From contig CAWAVB010000001.1 in the NCBI GenBank assembly GCA_963785415.1, forward strand, positions 1,973,479 through 2,037,478: 64,000 nt of DNA. The letters run 5' to 3'. The DNA is from an uncultured Acidimicrobiaceae bacterium (lineage in GTDB: Bacteria > Actinomycetota > Acidimicrobiia > Acidimicrobiales > Bog-793). Below the pieces are notes generated by a model. The model was not told the origin of the DNA. It did not search any database and saw nothing but the letters and a program-made list of their open reading frames with translations. Position 1 is the stretch's first letter; the number at the start of each line of letters is the position of its first letter. The position numbers and the translations under genes were made by a program. This document shows positions 9,537 to 18,747 of this stretch, piece by piece.

Positions 9537-11109
9537 TCATGTCCGACTTTCCGGCAACGGGCATTCACGGCGCACCGAGTGCAGCTGTAATGAAGACCGG
9601 GCCGGCTCTCCCGGCGCGGGCGGTGGCGGCGCGAAGATGCGTCGGTAGGAATCCTCTCCGTAGCTGGTCGGAAGTGGCTCGCCCTCGACGAGCCGGAGGG
9701 TCCGACGACCGTCAGCGAGTCTTTCGGCCCGGAGGAACAGCGCCGTGTCCAAGTGCTCCGTGAAGAGCCCGTGCGCGAGCTCAAACAGGTGGGTGACGAA
9801 GAGAACCTTGACGCGGGCATCTGTCAGCGCGCGGATGACCTGGCGAGCGATCTCTGATCCCTCCCGTTCGTTGGTCGACGCGAAGGACTCGTTGCACAGC
9901 ACGATGCAGTTCGGAGTGACACTGCTCGCGATCTCGCTCATCCGGCCCAGCTCCTCGTCGAGCTTGCCGCTTTTCATACTGGGGTCCTCTTCTCGCTTGA
10001 AGTGGGTGAAAACCCCTTCGCAGATGTTCGCCCGGAAGGATTTGGCGGGAACGAACATGCCGCTTTGCATCATCAGTTGGGCAACACCGACACTTCGCAG
10101 GAAGGTCGACTTGCCACCCTGGTTGGCGCCGGTGATCATGACGAGCCATCGATCGTCCGCGTTGACGTCGTTGCCGATCGCCCTTCCTTCGAGGAGCAGG
10201 CTGAGGCATGGGTCGTAGAGGCCCTCGACGGAGAACTCCGCTCCTGCGGCTTGTTGCGGGTCCGGAAAGCAGGTCGGCTCACCTTTCGCAGCAAGCTGTT
10301 CGTGGAGGTTCAGACCACCGACATAGAACGCCAACTCGGCCATGAGCATTGCGAAGAAACTTTGGATGTGATCCGCCGACTGGGCGAGGGCGTTGGCCAC
10401 CAGGTTGATGCCTTTCGACCTCAAATCGTCGAGCGCACGCGAAACCCACGTCGTCGCGGCTGTCAACCTGATAACTCAGGCGAGATCTGTCAAAACGAGA
10501 GATCGATTGCCTCAGGCTTCGCACCGGGACCCGTCGAAGCACGTGGTTGGTGGCCGCGTTTCCCGTGCTCAGCTGTGCGCTGATCAGGACTCCGCGGCGG
10601 AACTGGAGCTCTCGTAGATGCTTCTCGATCGTTCGGATGTAGTCGTCGTCGAGCTCTTTCGCGACCATCGCGAAGAATCGCAGGAAGCCTTCGGAGCGAA
10701 AGTTGTCGACTTGACCGTCGCAGATGTTGCGGAGTCGCTTCAGGGAGCCGACGAAGATTTCGAGGACGTCCACCGACCGACGCAGGATTGAACCGGGCGA
10801 GTCCACCAATGGGCCCCAGACTCTTCGCTCGGCATAAACGGTCGCCGACGCGAGCTCGTAGATCTGGCGCACCACCGACGGGTTCTCAAGGCAATCGGTA
10901 AGTACGTCCTGGCGATAGGTAATCGCCTCGCGTTCAGTCAGCGGTGAGAGAATCATCTGGCGAGCCAGCTGGAAGACCAGTTTGTCACCCTGCGCCATGG
11001 TCCTGAACAGGATTTCGAGCTCGAGATCCGAGACGAGATCCTGCGCATTAATGGGCATCTCGGCTTGTAGGTCGAGATCGCGATCTCGATACATGAGATG
11101 AGCGTTCAT
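9537..11109 (-). pseudogene. MutS-domain-V ATPase, second gene of tandem pair (MutS4-like); one-base frameshift near 10443
   Basis: The N-part (ORF 10279-11109) and C-part (ORF 9537-10466) join as ...DSRDDVG-SRALDDLRSKGINL... if one T is removed from GGTTTCG. Walker A TGANQGGKST, FTHFKREED, LCNESF, FVTHL. Confidence 0.85.
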
Positions 11110-12662
11110 CGCGTCACTCGCTCCTTGAGCGAGTCGTAGCTGAGGCCGTACTTGTGGGCAAGGGCGACGGCGTGAGCACGTCCATCGGCCTGCTTTCTCT
11201 CCACCTTGTAGGTCCGTACGTCGGGATCCTGGGGGACGACGGTCGCAACCACGCTCACCGTCGTGTCGCCCAACGATGACAACTCGTCGACGAAGGTGAC
11301 GTACACACAGAGCGAGCCAATCTCGATCACTTGCTCTAGCACCGCCGTTCCGATGTACAAGGCATCGGCGAGGGTCGTGGCTGTGAAGCTCTCGTTCATA
11401 ATCACGACGCTGCGACTCGTCGCTTCGTGGAGGATCTCATGGACTCGCACGAGTTCGTCCTCGAGTTTGCCGCGTAAAGTCGTGAGGTCTTCCTGCTTTT
11501 CGAAATGGGTGAAAATCCGGTCCGGCAAGCACAGGCGGGCGCGTCGTGCGGGAACCGGAAACCCGAGAGCTGCGAAGTAGTGCAACTGTCCGAACATCCG
11601 GGCAAACGTCGTCTTCCCACCCTGGTTCGCTCCTGTCACGACGAAGATCCGCTCCGGGTCGGCAAGCGTGAAGTCGTTGCGAACGATCGGCAACCCCTGC
11701 GGTACCAGCGTGTTCGCCAGCGCGAGGTCGAACGCTTCCTGCGCGAAGACCGCTCTTGACTCCGCGGACACCTTTGGGTAACAGAACGGCAGCCCAGCGT
11801 TCCGGAGCCAGTCGAGATGTTCCAGGTACGCGAGATAAAACTGCACCTCCCGGTCGAAGGTCCGGACGTAGAGGTCGACGAACGAACCGTGGTTGGCGCG
11901 ATAGCGATGCAGTGAGGCGAAGACGTCAGGAAAGAGGCGTGCGACGAGCTGCAATATGTGTGCTTGGACGTGGTCCATGCTGGAGTAGTTCGCGAACTTC
12001 ACGCGGTAATCCTTGACAGCGCCCTGCTTGAACCTGGCGAAGATCTCTTCCACGTCGAGGCTGTAATCGGGTTCTCCGGCGTATTTGACTACGGTCACCC
12101 GAGTTCCCCTGATGTGCATGCAGTAACGCAGCGCGCCGAGTTCGTGTCGAAGTCGCGCGGCTTCCGTTTCAAGCGAAACGAAGCCTGGGGATTGTCTGTA
12201 CGCGGCCAAGTAATCACGGAGCGCCGTGAAACCACGTGAGCTAACCGGTAGGCAGTTGAGCCCTTCGGAGAGGCTGTTGACGGCCGCGCAGTACATCTCT
12301 GCCGAGTCGAGGAACCACCCTTCCTCGTATAGGCGGTCGCGCAGCTTATTCATCCCGGTCAGATGTGCTCGCACCCGATGCATCTGCTCGGCGAAGGACT
12401 TCACGCACTGCCGTACCTCATGGTCTTCCAGATCCTGAAGAACTTCCTGGCGGTAGCGCACCGTCGCTGAATCGTGCAGTGGCGCGTAGAAGAAAGGCCT
12501 GAGGTCGTACTCGGAGCGGCCAGCGAGAACTGACTCGAGCACCTGGTCGAGGCGGAGGTCGGTGAAGTACGAGGGCTCCTCGGCCACGGAAGCTACGTGG
12601 TCCGGCGGGCGTTCGAAGAGGATGCTCGTGAAGGGCAGGCGACCAGAGACCATCAGCATCAA
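11106..12662 (-). CDS. MutS-domain-V ATPase, first gene of tandem pair (MutS4-like)
   Basis: TGANQGGKTTFAR, IFTHFEKQED, IMNESFTATT, YVTF. No mismatch-binding domain I seen. ATGA overlap with the next gene. Confidence 0.9.
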   Translation of the reverse strand: MMLMVSGRLPFTSILFERPPDHVASVAEEPSYFTDLRLDQVLESVLAGRSEYDLRPFFYAPLHDSATVRYRQEVLQDLEDHEVRQCVKSFAEQMHRVRAHLTGMNKLRDRLYEEGWFLDSAEMYCAAVNSLSEGLNCLPVSSRGFTALRDYLAAYRQSPGFVSLETEAARLRHELGALRYCMHIRGTRVTVVKYAGEPDYSLDVEEIFARFKQGAVKDYRVKFANYSSMDHVQAHILQLVARLFPDVFASLHRYRANHGSFVDLYVRTFDREVQFYLAYLEHLDWLRNAGLPFCYPKVSAESRAVFAQEAFDLALANTLVPQGLPIVRNDFTLADPERIFVVTGANQGGKTTFARMFGQLHYFAALGFPVPARRARLCLPDRIFTHFEKQEDLTTLRGKLEDELVRVHEILHEATSRSVVIMNESFTATTLADALYIGTAVLEQVIEIGSLCVYVTFVDELSSLGDTTVSVVATVVPQDPDVRTYKVERKQADGRAHAVALAHKYGLSYDSLKERVTR

Positions 12663-12674
12663 CCGATCTATCTC

Positions 12675-12720
12675 GGTAGAAGCCGTCAGCCGACAGGCAG
12701 TTCAGGCGGGCCTCATCGCC
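12675..12720 (-). promoter_or_regulatory. Fluoride (crcB) riboswitch 2, upstream of the MutS-like pair
   Basis: Minus strand GGCGATGAGGCCCGCC-TGAACTGCC-TGTC-GGCTGACGGCTTCTAC, essentially the canonical aptamer. TAAAAT lies just upstream. Confidence 0.93.
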
Positions 12721-12841
12721 TAAAGTCAATTTTAGCCGACAACGCGCACCCGGTCGGGCGGGGCCCACCGGGCTGTGCGGCGCGAGTTCAGTGTGCCACG
12801 CAGACTTTCTTGGTAAACCGCTAGCGTTTGGGCGAGTAGTT

Positions 12842-12908
12842 GGCGATGGATCCCGCCGGGTCTGCTCTGTAGACCAGCCCGCCTCGGTCGGAGGCTGATG
12901 GGTTCTCT
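12842..12908 (+). promoter_or_regulatory. Fluoride (crcB) riboswitch 3, divergent from riboswitch 2
   Basis: GGCGATGGATCCCGCC, optional P2 (GGTCTGC tct GTAGACC), GCCTC ggtcg GAGGC, TGATGGGTTCT. The pseudoknot GGATC/GGTTC includes G-U pairs. Confidence 0.8.
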
Positions 12909-12971
12909 GAGACAGGGAACCATGGCAGACGATCGATTCCAACCCCGGGAAGTCATCGAGAGCGCCTTCTG

Positions 12972-13184
12972 ATGGCTGATGCGGGATTGTTCGTGATTGG
13001 ACTGGTGCTGGCCGCGCTCGCCGGCCTCATGGCTTTCCTCGTCACCTACGACGAGATGGGGCGCCACTTCCCCAACCGAGCCGCGGCACGGCGACACGCG
13101 ATGAGAAGCGGGCTCACGGCGTTCGCCTTTTTCGCCGTCCTTGTCGTTGTGCTCGCCGCGATCCTTCCCCGGCTCGTCAGCTAA
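12972..13184 (+). CDS. Small 2-TM membrane protein (70 aa)
   Basis: Two hydrophobic helices flank a TYDEMGRHFP loop. Lies downstream of riboswitch 3, with a TGATG overlap to a 16-codon uORF (12922-12972). Confidence 0.7.
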   Translation: MADAGLFVIGLVLAALAGLMAFLVTYDEMGRHFPNRAAARRHAMRSGLTAFAFFAVLVVVLAAILPRLVS

Positions 13185-13213
13185 CGCGGGGTGACAGGAC
13201 CTGCCCGGTGCGA

Positions 13214-13825
13214 TCAACGATCGCCGGAGCTCTGTTGCTGGCCGATCTCGGGGAGCTCTCCGAGGTGCACCGTCCTCCACGTCGGCGCGCCGGAGGATTG
13301 TTCGAGCTCAGTCCAAGATCCAGTCGGTAGTTCGAGCCTCGCGAGTTCGAGCCCGGGGACGAGACGGCGGAGGAGGGCGCGCAGCACCGCGTCGTGCGTC
13401 ACGAGAGCAACACCGGCAAGGCCTCCGTTCTCCGCCGAGTGAGTTCGGAGCGAGTCGAGGAAAGCGGCGCTCGTCCGTGATTGGAAGTCTTGCCACGGCT
13501 CCACCCCAGGGGCGGCGTCAACGGAACCGAATCGTTCTTCGACCTCGTCGAGAGTCTTCCCGGCCCACTCGCCGCAGAAGCGGTCTCGTAGCCGATCGTC
13601 GACCACGCGGGGCGAATTCGACCCAGAGGAAATGTGCCGCGCCGTGTCGAGTGCTCGCCTGAGTGGACTCGACACCACGACTGCCAATGGCACGTGTCGG
13701 AAGACCTTTCCCAGAGCGGCGGCCTCCGCTTCGCCGGTCTCGTCGAGCGGTACGTCGAGCTGTCCGCGCAGCAAACCGGCTGCGTTGAGCGAGGTTCGAC
13801 CGTGGCGGACGAGGAAGACCCGCAT
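13214..13825 (-). CDS. Histidine phosphatase (phosphoglycerate mutase superfamily)
   Basis: LVRHGRT, SSPLRRALDTA, GEWAG, VTHD. Confidence 0.92.
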   Translation of the reverse strand: MRVFLVRHGRTSLNAAGLLRGQLDVPLDETGEAEAAALGKVFRHVPLAVVVSSPLRRALDTARHISSGSNSPRVVDDRLRDRFCGEWAGKTLDEVEERFGSVDAAPGVEPWQDFQSRTSAAFLDSLRTHSAENGGLAGVALVTHDAVLRALLRRLVPGLELARLELPTGSWTELEQSSGAPTWRTVHLGELPEIGQQQSSGDR

Positions 13826-13830
13826 TGTCC

Positions 13831-14268
13831 CTACCGTGCGCAGACGAGATAGGCGACGACCAGCACTATCAATATGTAGAGGAGGTAGGCGTTGACGTCA
13901 TCCGATTGGACGGTTTCGCGCACCCGCGCGGCCCCGAGGGCCGGGCGGGGGATTGGCCGATACAGATGCCGTTCGGACAGCGGCGAAACCCTGGTCCGAT
14001 GGTGGGCCGGACCCGGGCGACCGGCCGGATCATCAGATGCTCGGTCGATGTGGACCTCGGGGCGGTAGAAGCGGTCGAAGGTCACCCTGACGGGGTTCGC
14101 GAACGTCGTCCCCGTGTAGTGAATGCGCACGTCATACCTCACGATTCCACGGTCCCACACCGGACCCCGCCCCGTCGCGCCGTGAGGTCGACTGGCCGGG
14201 AAGGTCGCCACAGGGACGGGGCGCGTCCGTCGGGCGGTTTTCGAAGCAGCGACCCTACCTGAATTCAC
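13831..14268 (-). pseudogene. C-terminal remnant of a hydrogenase-4/formate hydrogenlyase membrane subunit (HyfB-like)
   Basis: YTGTTFANPVRVTF...LYRPI...VQSDDVNAYLLYI matches the HyfB/HycC tail pattern YT.T.F..P.R..F...LY.P...LQSG....YL.YI. The long N-terminal TM region is absent. Confidence 0.65.
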
Positions 14269-15141
14269 TCAGAAGTGATCCTGCTGTAGCTGGTCGAGCA
14301 GGCGGACGGCGTCGAGACCGCGCCAGGTGTCCCGTAACGTCGAGATCGCGAAGTGCCGGGCCCCGAGTCCACCGTCGGCCCGTTGCAGAACGGTCAGGCT
14401 CTCGGCGATGGCGTGCGGGTAGCTCGGCTGGAGTCGCAGCCCGTGGACGAGTACGAGCCCGCCCCACAAGGCGTCGACTGACGTCGCGCCGGCGTCCGGA
14501 CTGAGTCGCATCCCGAGGACCCGGCTCTCACAGCGGCGGAGGAACTCCTCGGTCATGGACCTTTCCTCGGCCGTCAGATGCGAGGGTCCCGCGATCGACA
14601 CGGCGACGGCTGTGGTCGCGAGATCGGCGCCAGGGCGGGCCCAGCCCCCGTGTGGATCGCGCGCCACGGCGAGAAGGTGCGCGAACTGATCGCACGTCCG
14701 GTCGCTGGGGCCCATATCGGCGAGCCGGCGCAGCTCGGCGATGTAGAGCGCTTCATACAGCGTTCCCTGCCAGTTGCGTGACCCGTCGGCGCGCGCGAGC
14801 GCTTCCTCGCGGTCGGTGAGCCATACGGCGGGCGAGTGGTTCGGCGCGATGCCGAGGAGGGCGAGGGCCCGCAGCGTGGCCCAGCCGATCGTGAGGGTCG
14901 GATATCCGCCAGCGTCGTCCTGCAGACCACGTAGCCAGGCCACGGTGAGTTCGGTTTCGGGGACGCGGATCTCGAGGAGGCGCAGGCACTCCAGCGCGGC
15001 GAGGGTGTCGGGCGCGTTCGGCTCCTCGACGCCCCATTCCGGGGTCCGGTAGAAGGAGTATCCGCCCAAAGGGGTGCGCCTGCCAAGGACATAACGCCCG
15101 GCTGCCTCGCGGTCGAGACAAACGGTCGAGCAGAACGTCAT
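14269..15141 (-). CDS. Prenyltransferase/squalene-oxidase-repeat (alpha/alpha toroid) protein
   Basis: Repeated L..LQ..DGG motifs (RTPLGGY, LQDDAGGY, RDPHGGW, LQRADGGL). Confidence 0.7.
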   Translation of the reverse strand: MTFCSTVCLDREAAGRYVLGRRTPLGGYSFYRTPEWGVEEPNAPDTLAALECLRLLEIRVPETELTVAWLRGLQDDAGGYPTLTIGWATLRALALLGIAPNHSPAVWLTDREEALARADGSRNWQGTLYEALYIAELRRLADMGPSDRTCDQFAHLLAVARDPHGGWARPGADLATTAVAVSIAGPSHLTAEERSMTEEFLRRCESRVLGMRLSPDAGATSVDALWGGLVLVHGLRLQPSYPHAIAESLTVLQRADGGLGARHFAISTLRDTWRGLDAVRLLDQLQQDHF

Positions 15142-15145
15142 GACG

Positions 15146-16405
15146 CTAGGCGAGTCCGTAGGGGAAAGCCCCGCTGGCCTCGATCTGGATCAGCCGGTTG
15201 TACTTGGCTACCCGCTCGCCCCGGGCGGGCGCACCGGATTTGATCTGGCCGCAACCGCTGCCAACGGCGAGGTCGGCGATGAAGGCGTCCTCGGTCTCTC
15301 CGGAGCGGTGGGAGACCATCTGGGCCCAACCTGCCGCGCGGCACCGCCGCATCGCTTCGAGGGTCTCGGTGACCGTGCCGATCTGGTTTAGCTTGATGAG
15401 GGCGGCGTTCGCCGTGCCGCGCGTGATCGCCTCGGCGATGATCGTCGGATTGGTGACGAGAATGTCATCGCCGACGAGCTGGATGCGGTCGCCGAGACGG
15501 GCCGTGAGCTTCGTCCAGCCGTCCCAGTCGCCCTCGGCGAGGCCGTCCTCGAGACTCCAGACGGGATAGGCCGCGATGATCTCCTCGTAACGCGTGATCA
15601 TCTCGTCGGTGGACAGCGACTCCCCGGCGACGTGGTAGCTGCCGTCGCGGTAGAACCCGCTGGCGGCGGGGTCGAGGGCGAGCGCGACCCCCTCGGGACC
15701 GGGGGTGTAGCCGGCCGACTCGATCGCCGCGACGAGGAGGGCGCAGACCTCTTCGGGCCGGTCGATCTCGGGGGCGAAACCACCCTCGTCGCCAAGTCCC
15801 GTCGCGAAGCCCCGGTCTGTGAGCCAGTGCCGCAGGGCGCCGTAGACCTCGGCACCGGCGCGTACGGCCTCGGCGAGGGAGGGCGCGCCCACGGGGGCGA
15901 TCATGAACTCCTGGAAGTCGAGCTTGTTCGGCGCGTGCACTCCGCCGTTCACAACGTTGAAGTTGGGAACGGGTAGCCGCGGTGTCACGCCTTCCGGGGC
16001 GAGGGCCCGCCAGAGGGGTTGATCGATGGCCTGGGCAGCGGCTCGTGCCGCGGCCATCGACACCCCGACGACGGCGTTGGCGCCGAGGCGGGACTTCGTC
16101 TCGGTCCCGTCGAGCTCGATGAGGGCTGCGTCGAGTGCCGCCAGGTCGGCAAAGGTGCGGCCGACGAGTGCCTGGGCGATCTCGCCGGTCACGTTGGTGA
16201 CCGCTTTGAGCACACCCTGACCGGAGAAACGGTGGGGATCACCGTCACGGAGTTCAACGGCCTCGCGCGAACCCGTCGAGGCGCCGGCCGGCACCCCGGC
16301 ACGGGCAATCGTCCCGTCGGCGAGCGTGATGGTGACCGCGAGGGTGGGACGCGCCCGCGAGTCGAGGATTTCGACCGCATCGAGGGTCGTCACTGTTAGC
16401 GCCAT
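15146..16405 (-). CDS. eno: Enolase (phosphopyruvate hydratase), island-borne copy
   Basis: EILDSR, GASTGSREAVELRD, QEFM, GDEGGFAP, LVGDD, LIKLNQIGTVTET, SHRSGETED, ERVAKYNRL. Confidence 0.97.
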   Translation of the reverse strand: MALTVTTLDAVEILDSRARPTLAVTITLADGTIARAGVPAGASTGSREAVELRDGDPHRFSGQGVLKAVTNVTGEIAQALVGRTFADLAALDAALIELDGTETKSRLGANAVVGVSMAAARAAAQAIDQPLWRALAPEGVTPRLPVPNFNVVNGGVHAPNKLDFQEFMIAPVGAPSLAEAVRAGAEVYGALRHWLTDRGFATGLGDEGGFAPEIDRPEEVCALLVAAIESAGYTPGPEGVALALDPAASGFYRDGSYHVAGESLSTDEMITRYEEIIAAYPVWSLEDGLAEGDWDGWTKLTARLGDRIQLVGDDILVTNPTIIAEAITRGTANAALIKLNQIGTVTETLEAMRRCRAAGWAQMVSHRSGETEDAFIADLAVGSGCGQIKSGAPARGERVAKYNRLIQIEASGAFPYGLA

Positions 16406-16500
16406 GGGTTTCCTTTCCCGATCTAGCTTCTTGAGCTTCCCGTGCGAGCGACGCGTGTCGCAGGCACAACGTCACCATTTGGCAAGGATCTCCTTAGATC

Positions 16501-18243
16501 TCATACATCCGTCCCGAACTGGCCAGTTTCACCGAATGACAGGGCATGAAGTGCCGCTTGGCGAGCCACCTGGGCCGCCGCCAACCGGTGGTCGCGCTCG
16601 GACTCGTTCGCTTGTCGCAGCTCCTCGGCCCGGGCGGCGGCTGCCTTGATCGCGTTGATCGCACCGTCGAGTTCCTCGCCCATGGCGGCCTCGAACTGGC
16701 GTCGGACCGAGTCGAGACGTTGCGTGAGGTCCCAGCGAGCCCGGCCGGCGTGCTTGTCGAACTCCCGGGTCAACTCCGCACACGCGCGCGCGAGGAGACG
16801 GCGGCGGACGAGGGAGGGCGGAAGCAGTCGCCGGCCCGCCCGCAGCAGATCTTCTCCGCTTGGTTCGATTTTCAAGAACAGGTAGAAGAACCGCTCCCGC
16901 TCGGCGGCCACGGCTGGGACGGCGACGGCCGGCAGCGAGATGGTGAACAGGTCGGCCGCGGCCTGCCGCACGCGGTTCACCCGCTCCTCGGTCCTCGAGC
17001 GAAACCGCTCGGCGAGTGTCGTCCAGGCCTGCTCCACACGGTCGGCTTCGGCTCGGCGGAACTCCTCGAAACCTTCCTGCACGGCTTTTTCCACGGTGCT
17101 TTGCAGCGCGTCTTGAAGCCGACCGACCGGAACGGTCTCGGCGACCGACTCGAGTTCCTGCGTGTGTCGAGCCGGAGCGGTTCGGGCGAAATCGAAAAGG
17201 CGCTCGGCGAGTCCGGCCATGAGCACGGCGACGTCCCTCGCGAGAAGAGTCCGTTCGTCTTCGAATGCCTGGCGCTGCCCGGCGGCCTCGGTCTCGAACT
17301 CAGTCACGCGCCGCCCGAGCTCCGCGGATTCGAGGGCAAGTCCCACCATCTCGAGCGAGACGGCGTCCTCCAGAGCGCGGCCGAGGCGGGCAAGCTCGCG
17401 CCGGGCGGAGACGAGCCGCGCCTCGACGAGGTCGTTCCTCACGAACTCCTCGAAAGCAGCCTCGAAGGCCGCGAAGTCATCGCCTTCGCGGCCGTCTCGG
17501 ACCCGGCCGACCTCGCCTCTCGCGAGGGCCGCACGGGCGGAGAGGCACCAGAGTTGTTCGTTGCGGCCGAGCTCCGCTGCGACCGCGTCCGAGACGAAGC
17601 GGCGGACCTGGTCGCGTTCGCGCGTTGCGAGGTGATCGATCTTGTTGAGCACAAAGAACGTCGGCGCCCGCCGTTCGGCGAGGACGCCGAGCAGCTCCTG
17701 TTCTCGCGCGGAAAGTGGCGAGTCGGCCGAGAGGACCAGGATCGCTCCGTCAGCGTCGAAAAGCGCGCGACGCGCCTCTTCGTCGTTGTGCCGGTAGATC
17801 GAGCCGAGGCCCGGCGTGTCGACGAGCACAAGCCCCGGCTCGAGCAGCCGCGCCGGCACTTGCACCTCCACCCGCGCAACCGAGCGTTCGTTCGCGGGGT
17901 TGCGCTCCTCGGTCACGTACTCGGCGAGTTCGTCCGGCGCGATCTCGTAGCGGCGGCCATCGAGATGTTCCACGACCGCGCGGCGCTCCCCGAAGGAGAT
18001 TTCCGTCGCGACGGCCGTCAACGGCAGCGCGCCGGTAGGAAGGATGTCCTCGGCCAGCAACGCGTTGACGAGCGTCGATTTGCCACGTTTGAACTCACCG
18101 AGCACCGTGACGTGGAAGCGCCTCTGAGCCAGACGATCGCCGAGGCGCCGAGCGCGCGTGGCGATGTCGCCTGCAGGCTCTTCGGTAGCGGCCAACTCAC
18201 GCGCCGTCGCCGTCAGTTCGTCGAGTTCGCTGGTCACGGTCAT
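16501..18243 (-). CDS. Bacterial dynamin-like GTPase
   Basis: G1 GEFKRGKSTLVNALL, G2 LPLT, G3 DTPG, G4 NKID, followed by a long helical/coiled-coil region. Confidence 0.92.
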   Translation of the reverse strand: MTVTSELDELTATARELAATEEPAGDIATRARRLGDRLAQRRFHVTVLGEFKRGKSTLVNALLAEDILPTGALPLTAVATEISFGERRAVVEHLDGRRYEIAPDELAEYVTEERNPANERSVARVEVQVPARLLEPGLVLVDTPGLGSIYRHNDEEARRALFDADGAILVLSADSPLSAREQELLGVLAERRAPTFFVLNKIDHLATRERDQVRRFVSDAVAAELGRNEQLWCLSARAALARGEVGRVRDGREGDDFAAFEAAFEEFVRNDLVEARLVSARRELARLGRALEDAVSLEMVGLALESAELGRRVTEFETEAAGQRQAFEDERTLLARDVAVLMAGLAERLFDFARTAPARHTQELESVAETVPVGRLQDALQSTVEKAVQEGFEEFRRAEADRVEQAWTTLAERFRSRTEERVNRVRQAAADLFTISLPAVAVPAVAAERERFFYLFLKIEPSGEDLLRAGRRLLPPSLVRRRLLARACAELTREFDKHAGRARWDLTQRLDSVRRQFEAAMGEELDGAINAIKAAAARAEELRQANESERDHRLAAAQVARQAALHALSFGETGQFGTDV

Positions 18244-18271
18244 CCCCGGATCACGCTTCGTTCACGCTTCC

Positions 18272-18323
18272 GTAGGAGCCATCAGCCCAACTCTTGGGCA
18301 CTCGACGGCGAGCTCCATCGCCC
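18272..18323 (-). promoter_or_regulatory. Fluoride (crcB) riboswitch 4, upstream of the dynamin-enolase operon
   Basis: Minus strand GGGCGATGGAGCTCGCC-GTCGAGT-GCCCAA gag TTGGGC-TGATGGCTCCTAC, with a GGAGC/GCTCC pseudoknot. TAGCCT lies just upstream. Confidence 0.92.
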
Positions 18324-18497
18324 GACCAAAGGCTAGCTGCGCGCGCTTGCCGAGTGTCGCCGAGCCTGTCATCGGCGTCGGACCCGTCCACGGGATCGCG
18401 TCGAAGGGCTCGACCCAGCGCGGTTCAGTTCGTGACTGCTTACCAGTTTGGGATACCGCCGCGAGGGTGGGCCTTCTTTGACAGTAGTAGTCGGCTT

Positions 18498-18720
18498 CTA
18501 ACTCGTCGGGGTCGTGCAGATCGCGTCGTTAGTGATCTCGTCGTGGAGACGGCGGTGGTTGAACGAGTCGACGTAGCCAAGCGTGACGAGCTCGATGTTG
18601 TCGAGGCCGCGCCGCGGCCGCCGCGGGCAAAAGAGCTGCCATCGGTAAGGGCCGTTGAAGCTCGCAGCCATCGCGTAGTCATAGCTATCGCCACGGGCTC
18701 GACCGAGGCGACGAGGTCTT
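18498..18720 (-). pseudogene. IS3-family transposase C-terminal remnant
   Basis: GDSYDYAMAASFNGPYRWQL...RGLDNIELVTLGYVDSFNHRRLH is a decayed GDSYDNA.AES....K.E...W.....VE.AT..WV.WFN..RLH motif. Confidence 0.8.
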
Positions 18721-18747
18721 TCTAGGCGAGGCCAGTCAACCTTCGCA

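Noticed and set aside
14269-15141. Terpene cyclase or RiPP biosynthetic cluster around the prenyltransferase-repeat gene
   Set aside because: No DxDD motif, precursor peptide or other biosynthetic genes are evident.
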